A program made the translations under genes and the position numbers. A stretch of 64,000 bases of DNA, taken from a virus (taxonomy: Duplodnaviria > Caudoviricetes). The DNA is taken from the IMG/VR virus record IMGVR_UViG_3300018080_000020, positions 1,939 to 65,938 of that record; one strand, written 5' to 3'. This document shows, one piece after another, positions 57,297 to 64,000 of the stretch (position 1 is its first letter; each line of letters starts with the position of its first letter). Under the pieces are notes generated by a model. The model worked only from the letters and a program-made list of their open reading frames with translations, had not been told where the DNA came from and did not search any database.

Positions 57297-57617
57297 TTAT
57301 CCTACATCAACAACTTTAAGGTCAATCGTATCCCAGATAATACCGTTTGTGTTACTGGCATCATAGATTACAATCTCAGCCTTTGTATCCCTTATCGGTG
57401 CGTCAAGTAATGCTCCAAGCTGTAGCGTTACAACTCCCTCAGACTTTCGTGTAGAGGTATCCGCAAAGTCATCATTCTCTGAGCTAAGGTACTCAGTACC
57501 ATCAACAATAATACTAACCTCTGTGATTGCGTCCATCTCATCAGAGGTCAGCTTCACACCGTTCTTCAAAAGCTGTAGTGAAAAAGTGTTATCTCTATCC
57601 TCATATACAGTATACAT
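57297..57617 (-). CDS. Small beta-rich virion protein
   Basis: AAGGA RBS; structural context. Confidence 0.55.
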   Translation of the reverse strand: MYTVYEDRDNTFSLQLLKNGVKLTSDEMDAITEVSIIVDGTEYLSSENDDFADTSTRKSEGVVTLQLGALLDAPIRDTKAEIVIYDASNTNGIIWDTIDLKVVDVG

Positions 57618-57627
57618 AATCTATCCT

Positions 57628-58413
57628 TTATGCTAACGTAATATCATATTCACCAGCAGCAAACTTAACAGTATCACCATTATCCGGTGTTTGATTTGGA
57701 GTGGCTGTGGCCCAAAAGAGCATATTACCATCAGATGATGCATCACAAATAGCTGAGTGTGTAATTTCACCCCATGAGCCGGACGGTGTAGCAAAGGTTG
57801 AGTCTCCTGTATTTGCTGTCGCACCACCTGACGCTGCATCCCATGTGTTCTCGTTAAGCCTTGAATAATTATTCCCAGAGGGTTCTGAAATAGTACTGCC
57901 TGTAGATGAGTCTGTAGGTGCTGCATCACACAGGCATATATAAAGGTTTGTTGGAACAGTATATGCACCAACACCAAAAACGTGATCAAGCAACTCATTA
58001 GCAAGGTAGTCTGAGATACCCCCAGCACTGAATGATACTTCAATATCCTCATCAGGTATTGATGGTGTATTACCACTAACAATAGCTTTTGATGAGCTTA
58101 AAGCACCATGAGCAAGCATGTTACCATCAGTCGCAGCATCATAAATTGCATAATGTGATATTGTACCCCATGATCCTGATGCTTGATTGAACGTGATAGC
58201 ACCATCGTTTGTTATTGCCCGGGAAGCAGCAGTATTCCATGTTGCATGAGCCTTACGTGCATAGTTATTCCCAGAGGGTTCTGCAATACCAGACGCATCA
58301 TCAGTCGGATCTGCTGTTGACAGTGCAACATAAATTGTTGGTTGTGAGTATGATCCAACCTTAAGCACATGGTCAAGGAGTTCGTCTTCTAAATAGTTAC
58401 CAATTGATCCCAT
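57628..58413 (-). CDS. Virion protein with an internally duplicated domain
   Basis: Two copies of YL..ELLDHV...EPSGNNY.R...SWG.I.H.AI.DA...GNML. Confidence 0.75.
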   Translation of the reverse strand: MGSIGNYLEDELLDHVLKVGSYSQPTIYVALSTADPTDDASGIAEPSGNNYARKAHATWNTAASRAITNDGAITFNQASGSWGTISHYAIYDAATDGNMLAHGALSSSKAIVSGNTPSIPDEDIEVSFSAGGISDYLANELLDHVFGVGAYTVPTNLYICLCDAAPTDSSTGSTISEPSGNNYSRLNENTWDAASGGATANTGDSTFATPSGSWGEITHSAICDASSDGNMLFWATATPNQTPDNGDTVKFAAGEYDITLA

Positions 58414-58423
58414 ATTCTTCTCC

Positions 58424-59878
58424 CTACTTTTTTAAAGCCTTTCTGTAATATGTTTTATCTAATACTTTCCGGGCTTGTGTGAAATCTTTGACAGAAGTAA
58501 TGTCACTTATATTATTCATAAGAATTTTTCTTATATATGTATCGTCAAGAACTTCAGTAAGTCCACCGGACAATACCCAATCAAGTGTTATTTCTGATAG
58601 TGCTGTCTCTACCGCTACAACACTTGAAAACTCAATGCCTCCACCATATAAGTGTACTGCTGCTAATACTGAAACAACAGCAGCCGTACTTGCAATTTCA
58701 ATAGCCCTTACTATATCTATTCCTGATGTTGAAGATTGAGCACTTGAAGTACTCAATAATTCCATTACCCTATTTAAAGCTATAGTAGATAAACTTGTAG
58801 TTAAGCCTGAAGTACTTGATATACACATTGTTCGTGGTAAAGCAATGCTTGAAGTAGAGGTAGTAATGGCAGATGTTGAAGCAATAGCCATTAGTCTATT
58901 CAGATCTATACTTGATAGCAATGTTGTTACACCAGAAGCAGAGCTAAAAGAAAGAAGATTATCTATTGTAATCTCAGCTAACGCTGTAGCAACTGCTGAA
59001 GCACTTGCGAAAGGTCTAAGAATATTTAAACCAGAGGAAGATAACGATGTTGTAATGGCTGAAGCACTTGCTAATAGTCTTGTAGCATTACAATCTATAG
59101 CTGCAGTTGACGTAGCTGCTGCTGCTGTACTGGCAAACTCATATGTTTCACTTGAACTAAAAGTTCCAGATCTTATAGCATCTATATCATCAGTAGAAAG
59201 TGAACGATTAAAAACAACAAACTCATCGATGTAGCAATCAGAATAATATGCACCATGGCTTTGTGCTCCTATTGTGAATGGTATATCTCTTGCATCTATA
59301 TCATTGCTTGCATTATCAGATATATCACTACCAAGAAAGTCTGATGCAGTATCATCCCATATTCTAAGTCTAAAAGCATGTGTAGACTGTACATATGTAA
59401 ATGCTACATGATACCAACGGCCTGTAGTAAACGCTGTGCCAAAACGAAAGTCAGTATCGTACTCATAACTTGCACCACTATTATATCCAAACACTGGTTG
59501 AGCTTTATCTGCATCATCAACCAAAAGACAAAAAACTAAGTCATCATCGTCATCCCATTTAGCTAAAAGTGTGGCGTAGTTTGGAAGACTGTTAAAGTAT
59601 ACCCAAAAACAAAACGAGAAGTCTTCTTCTACCGATCCGCCATCATTATCCCTAAATGGAAATCCTGCATCCTGATCAGCATCAGATATATACATGTAAT
59701 CAGTATTTGATAAGACAAACTTTGCTGATTGGCTACCCTCTTTGTATGTAGTATTTTCCTCATCAGCACCATCGTTTGTAAGATCATTATCACCTTGAGA
59801 GTCTGTAGCAAATCCCGGTGAGTCTTCAAAGTTCCATAAGGCTACACAGTCAGCATCTCCTGAAAAGTTGTTTGCCAT
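58424..59878 (-). CDS. LamG-domain virion protein with Ser/Thr/Ala repeats
   Basis: VALWNFE...WYHVAFTY...IDEFVVFNRSLS. Confidence 0.75.
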   Translation of the reverse strand: MANNFSGDADCVALWNFEDSPGFATDSQGDNDLTNDGADEENTTYKEGSQSAKFVLSNTDYMYISDADQDAGFPFRDNDGGSVEEDFSFCFWVYFNSLPNYATLLAKWDDDDDLVFCLLVDDADKAQPVFGYNSGASYEYDTDFRFGTAFTTGRWYHVAFTYVQSTHAFRLRIWDDTASDFLGSDISDNASNDIDARDIPFTIGAQSHGAYYSDCYIDEFVVFNRSLSTDDIDAIRSGTFSSSETYEFASTAAAATSTAAIDCNATRLLASASAITTSLSSSGLNILRPFASASAVATALAEITIDNLLSFSSASGVTTLLSSIDLNRLMAIASTSAITTSTSSIALPRTMCISSTSGLTTSLSTIALNRVMELLSTSSAQSSTSGIDIVRAIEIASTAAVVSVLAAVHLYGGGIEFSSVVAVETALSEITLDWVLSGGLTEVLDDTYIRKILMNNISDITSVKDFTQARKVLDKTYYRKALKK

Positions 59879-59879
59879 T

Positions 59880-61760
59880 TTATATCATTGCCTCTACTTC
59901 TGCTTGTGTAAGTAAATCATAAAAGTGAATGTTCTGAATATGGAAAGGGTAATACACACTTCTACCTATACATAATGTACCATCGTCATTGAATGAGCCA
60001 TCAAAAGACTGTTGTGTTCCCCAATCCCAAGACCCAGTACTATCTTTATATCCTACCTCATACTTTGTTCCTGAATCATCATATCCCCATCTAACTACTA
60101 CAGGAATTACTTGACCACGAACAAACGAAAAGTTAGTTCCATAACAATATGTACTATGATCATATGTGTATAGAGTTCCATTAAGATCTATAGAAGAAAG
60201 GCTTGAATTTGAATTAGCACTTGATACAAAACTTGTACCATTAGTTGCAACTATACTTTCTGAAAACCCGGGAGTAAGTAAAAACACCAACGTTCCTTCA
60301 GTAGCCTTAGAAGATACTGATGTAGTTAGAGCAGCGTTTGTGATTTGTTTTACGGATATATCATCTATAGAACCATCACAAGCACTTCCAGCCTGAACCT
60401 TTGCATTTGAATCGGCACCGTCACATTGTATATATTCTGTCCATGTATCGTTAGTTGTCCTGCTAACTCCCGCTTCATCACCCACCATTGCTTGCATACC
60501 ACCAGCAGATATGCCTGATGTTGTATATACAAACCTATAGAATGAACCAGATACCGCAGAAATATCTTGATATATTTGAGAAGTAGAACCTGTAGCATGG
60601 GTGGCTTTTCCAGCAGCTATTGTCCATCCTGTGCCTTTTGTCCAATTAGAATCTGCTGAAAAGTCCCCATTAGTTACGAGTTCACTTCCATAAGTGGCTT
60701 CATATATAACTTCATCAGCCTCAAACGTTCCTGTTATTGTATGAACAATTATCCAGCCAACACCAACTTGGCTGATAGTTCCATGTGCACCTGAGGCAGC
60801 ACCATACACAGTATTACCTACAGTAAAAGAGCCTGTCTGAACCGTTGCGGAAAAGGACAACGTTTGTGTTTCACGCAATAAATCAGAAACCCCTGTAGGT
60901 ATAGGCCAAGTGTACTCTCCAGCTTCTGTGTTTCTGGTTACTGAACTTGCTGTTGTAGGAATTGGACTGGTTGGAAAAACTCGATCCTTTTCAAATTGAC
61001 CATAATCAACAATACAAGAACCTTGAACTGATTCACCCGTCCATGTAACACCATCCGTACTAATAGCAGGACGGACTTCTATTCTACATGTTGTGTTACC
61101 AGATCCATCGTTAGTCCTACATACATATACTCGCCACCAGTCACCGTAATCATCAATGCCCTTATAACTTGGAGTATAAGCAGCACCTGTCGGTCTGTCT
61201 ATTAGTACACCAGTATTTGTATTAACAATAACATCACCAGATATAGCTGACCCAGTAATATATCTACACCTTAACCCGGGGAATGTTACTGCTGTCTTTG
61301 TCTTCTTAAAAAACAAAGAGACACAGTGGGTTTTTGTATCATCATCAACAGATATATCTTGATATATATGTTCTGAGGCCTCTGAAGAATCATCGGTTAA
61401 TGTCCATGCTGTATTAGCCGAACCGTCAATACCTGTCTCATTTTGGGCAGTAGTACAACCAGTATTTTGCCATGGTGATGTTGTAAATGCTCTATTACGC
61501 AAGCAATAGTTAGTACTTGCAGGTTCTACCAATAAGCCCTTTGCTTCTATCCGTGCTTCGGTAGACTCAGCCTCTGTAAGGTAACCAGTGCTTGGATCGA
61601 AATACCATCCAGAAGTTGCCCTGCCACACGTACCAAGCCCAAAACCACGGCTCTGTAAACCAGTAGTATAGTGTAATGGAATAGTAAATTTTGGTGCTTG
61701 TTGATTTGCAGGTGCTCTACTGATAGGGTTAAGAGCACCACGATATAGTACCTTAGACAT
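59880..61760 (-). CDS. Head spike/fibre-like protein with carbohydrate-binding-like modules
   Basis: GLLVEPASTN; PTSPIPT...VTR; ELVTNGDF...W. Confidence 0.7.
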   Translation of the reverse strand: MSKVLYRGALNPISRAPANQQAPKFTIPLHYTTGLQSRGFGLGTCGRATSGWYFDPSTGYLTEAESTEARIEAKGLLVEPASTNYCLRNRAFTTSPWQNTGCTTAQNETGIDGSANTAWTLTDDSSEASEHIYQDISVDDDTKTHCVSLFFKKTKTAVTFPGLRCRYITGSAISGDVIVNTNTGVLIDRPTGAAYTPSYKGIDDYGDWWRVYVCRTNDGSGNTTCRIEVRPAISTDGVTWTGESVQGSCIVDYGQFEKDRVFPTSPIPTTASSVTRNTEAGEYTWPIPTGVSDLLRETQTLSFSATVQTGSFTVGNTVYGAASGAHGTISQVGVGWIIVHTITGTFEADEVIYEATYGSELVTNGDFSADSNWTKGTGWTIAAGKATHATGSTSQIYQDISAVSGSFYRFVYTTSGISAGGMQAMVGDEAGVSRTTNDTWTEYIQCDGADSNAKVQAGSACDGSIDDISVKQITNAALTTSVSSKATEGTLVFLLTPGFSESIVATNGTSFVSSANSNSSLSSIDLNGTLYTYDHSTYCYGTNFSFVRGQVIPVVVRWGYDDSGTKYEVGYKDSTGSWDWGTQQSFDGSFNDDGTLCIGRSVYYPFHIQNIHFYDLLTQAEVEAMI

Positions 61761-61761
61761 A

Positions 61762-63225
61762 TTAGTATCCTGCTACTGTGGCTGGTTGGTTATACTTATT
61801 ATACTTAGATGGTTTACTTCTTGCCTTTTTGTGAACCCTACCTTCAACTAATTCTAAAGCACCGTACTGTAGTGCTTCATGGATATGTGAGTAAATATTC
61901 TTTTCAGGTTTCTCTTTGAACGGTGACTCTATATTAGATAGTAGTCTTCTTTCATACTTGTACTCTGAAATAAAACCTTTACGTAAGTAGATACACTTTG
62001 GTGAAAGTTTAAAGCCATTAACACGCCTTAAGAAACTCACTACAGACTCACGCCTTGCTAAAGGCTCCTGTGTTCGTGCAAGTCGATATGGTAAGCCAGA
62101 ATCGTGTATAATCTTTCTTGCACTGCTTTTATCTGTCTCTGCCCGGGTTCTACCTGCAGGGTCTATCACAACGTAAAAATTAGTCTTTGGGTAGTCATTC
62201 CTAAGCTTAGGCCAAAGATAGTCTGAACAAAACTCTTGGATTGAACAGTCCTCAGAAACAAGCTCATCGATAACAAGAAGCTTTCCCATAGGTGATAGCT
62301 GCATAAACGCAGCAGCCGGAGTAAGCCCTAAGTCCATACCGATGATTAATGGAACACCCGATAATGGTTTAATAATACTATCTGCAAGGTGCACGCCATC
62401 ATTGTAGTCCTTATATACAGGTCTACCGGATCTAACATCACCATAATTATTTAGCACAAATACGTTTACCCAGTCTGGATCTGCTCCAAGAACCATGTCC
62501 TCATAATAATCATCCTCAAGGTTCTCTATGTTTTCAGCGTCCGGGTTTATCATATAATAGTTCCCGGCTGCATCAACTATTTCAGTAGCTCCCTTTGGGG
62601 CTTGTAATAATGCTGGAGGTTGAACATAAAAGGAGTGTTTTGGTGGTTTTGTTTCTTCTGCGAGAGCATATAGCCAGTGTTGTGTATGCACTGAGTTGTA
62701 GTCACATATAATAAAGGTTCTGTCAACACCACCGTCACGTTTGGCAGGATACCTGTTAACACGTGATTTAAGCATCTGAATAACACCGGGTGGCATTTCG
62801 TGTGCCTCATTAACATGGGCTGCGGTAAGTTCAAGGGATTGTAGTTTGTTAACATCTTCTTCCCTGTCTAAAGCAATAAAGACTAAGTCCATCTCGACAT
62901 TAGTTTTACCGTCAGGATGTGGTAGCTCTACACGGCCCCTAATCGGAACGTCATAGGTAATATTAATAAGGTTCTTAAACCAGTCCTTCCAAGACTTAAT
63001 TACCGTTGACTTCAGTGCTGGATAACTGGCACGTAAGATACCAAACTTCGTTCTTCGTACACCGTCACTGGCTGGACTCTGGTTTAAAGCGGTTAAAAAA
63101 CAGTGCCAGATACATCCAGAAGATTTACCAGATCCAACAGGGCCTCTAATAAAAATGTACTTGCTTGGATCTTGGTGTACTTGAGCGAACGTTGGTATAA
63201 CGCTATAGTCTAATTGAAAAGACAT
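61762..63225 (-). CDS. terL: Terminase large subunit
   Basis: GPVGSGKS; SLELT...NEA; GMDLGLTPA; SHIHEALQY. Confidence 0.92.
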   Translation of the reverse strand: MSFQLDYSVIPTFAQVHQDPSKYIFIRGPVGSGKSSGCIWHCFLTALNQSPASDGVRRTKFGILRASYPALKSTVIKSWKDWFKNLINITYDVPIRGRVELPHPDGKTNVEMDLVFIALDREEDVNKLQSLELTAAHVNEAHEMPPGVIQMLKSRVNRYPAKRDGGVDRTFIICDYNSVHTQHWLYALAEETKPPKHSFYVQPPALLQAPKGATEIVDAAGNYYMINPDAENIENLEDDYYEDMVLGADPDWVNVFVLNNYGDVRSGRPVYKDYNDGVHLADSIIKPLSGVPLIIGMDLGLTPAAAFMQLSPMGKLLVIDELVSEDCSIQEFCSDYLWPKLRNDYPKTNFYVVIDPAGRTRAETDKSSARKIIHDSGLPYRLARTQEPLARRESVVSFLRRVNGFKLSPKCIYLRKGFISEYKYERRLLSNIESPFKEKPEKNIYSHIHEALQYGALELVEGRVHKKARSKPSKYNKYNQPATVAGY

Positions 63226-63656
63226 TATACATCCTTTGGTGTAACATTAATAGTCTTGGATTTAGATTTCTCAGGAGCTCCAAGGTTAATGTTAAATACA
63301 GGTGCAGGGCCACCGGAACCTTTTACCTGCGTAGCTCTCATGGTTGGATAAGAGTACTTCATGAACGTCTTTAGACTATCTTTCAATGCATCATGCATTC
63401 TCCAAAAGGCTTCGATGTCTTGCTGAGACATGTTCTGTCTGTCAACGTCACTTGAATACCTGAGCCACAGTTCTTGGTAGAGTGTCATCTCCCGGGAATA
63501 GTGTTCAATAAACTCCCGGGCTGGTTCAAAACCGAACTGTGTCTTACACATTTCAAGAAAGGTCTTGGCCTTTTTAGAAAGTTTTCCGGTTTTACTGGTT
63601 CTTGCTATTTTGAAAGGAGTCGCTGACTTAGCTTTCGAAATAAGATTATTTGTCAT
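63225..63656 (-). CDS. terS: Putative terminase small subunit
   Basis: Coupled directly upstream of terL; helical with a low-complexity tail. Confidence 0.65.
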   Translation of the reverse strand: MTNNLISKAKSATPFKIARTSKTGKLSKKAKTFLEMCKTQFGFEPAREFIEHYSREMTLYQELWLRYSSDVDRQNMSQQDIEAFWRMHDALKDSLKTFMKYSYPTMRATQVKGSGGPAPVFNINLGAPEKSKSKTINVTPKDV

Positions 63657-63976
63657 TAAGAACTCATTCCCTTCATTAATCTGTCAGCATTCCAAGCGTT
63701 TACCTCCTCTTGAATCTGACTGAGTAATGTTATACGATATTCACCCACAGTTTCATGTGTGAACGCATTAGGGTCAAATCGATGTTTTAAGACTTTTATA
63801 TGATATTTGAGTATAGGACTATCATCAGGAGCACCAAAATCATTAAGGTATGTAATGGGTCACCATTTGGATGAATTGTCTAAGCGTGAAGGTCATACAC
63901 GTTCCTTGAAGGAATTTAGAAATAATTTGGAAGGGAGTCGCTGATGACCTCCCTTCCTTCGGGGTGTTTTTTAAAA

Positions 63977-64000
63977 TGGAGCTACTGGTAGGATTTGAAC
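63977..64000 (-). tRNA. Partial tRNA (3' end only), possibly Thr
   Basis: GTTCAAATCCTACCAGTAGCTCCA; Thr is the only amino acid missing from the main array; anticodon lies outside the window. Confidence 0.6.

Noticed and set aside
63612-63957. Repeated GAARGGAGTCGCTGA at about 63612 and 63930
   Set aside because: Only two imperfect copies, one coding and one in a hairpin arm; not enough to support a function

Overview
About 64 kb of a tailed dsDNA bacteriophage, apparently a temperate podovirus-like genome; no host genes are visible. Layout: (i) 1-6350, minus strand: 24 complete tRNA genes with encoded CCA, an HNH gene, small ORFs and structured non-tRNA RNAs, followed by virion-type paralogues; (ii) about 6350-7400: a divergent non-coding region with a G/C homopolymer block (possible genome end); (iii) 7410-33618, plus strand: early genes and a replication/nucleotide module (AAA+ ATPase pair, DUF932-like protein, MarR-type regulator, primase, helicase, family A DNA polymerase, SSB, exonuclease, endonuclease I, dUTPase, class II RNR, lysin, ThyX); (iv) 33611-63656, minus strand: tyrosine integrase, 2465-aa polyvalent/ejection protein, tail proteins, N4-gp56-like capsid, scaffold, portal and terminase, with a 25th, partial tRNA at the right edge. 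Top finding: a 253-aa helical protein gene followed at once by a ~390-nt structured RNA whose core is a circularly permuted, anticodon-less tRNA with an internal CCA (18204-19358). Also notable: a sigma54 promoter with tandem enhancer-like sites upstream of the regulator, a genome-wide TGACTCA-N4-TGAGTCA operator, a shared promoter family, and apparent CCWGG avoidance. All family assignments come from motifs recognised by eye, not from database searches.
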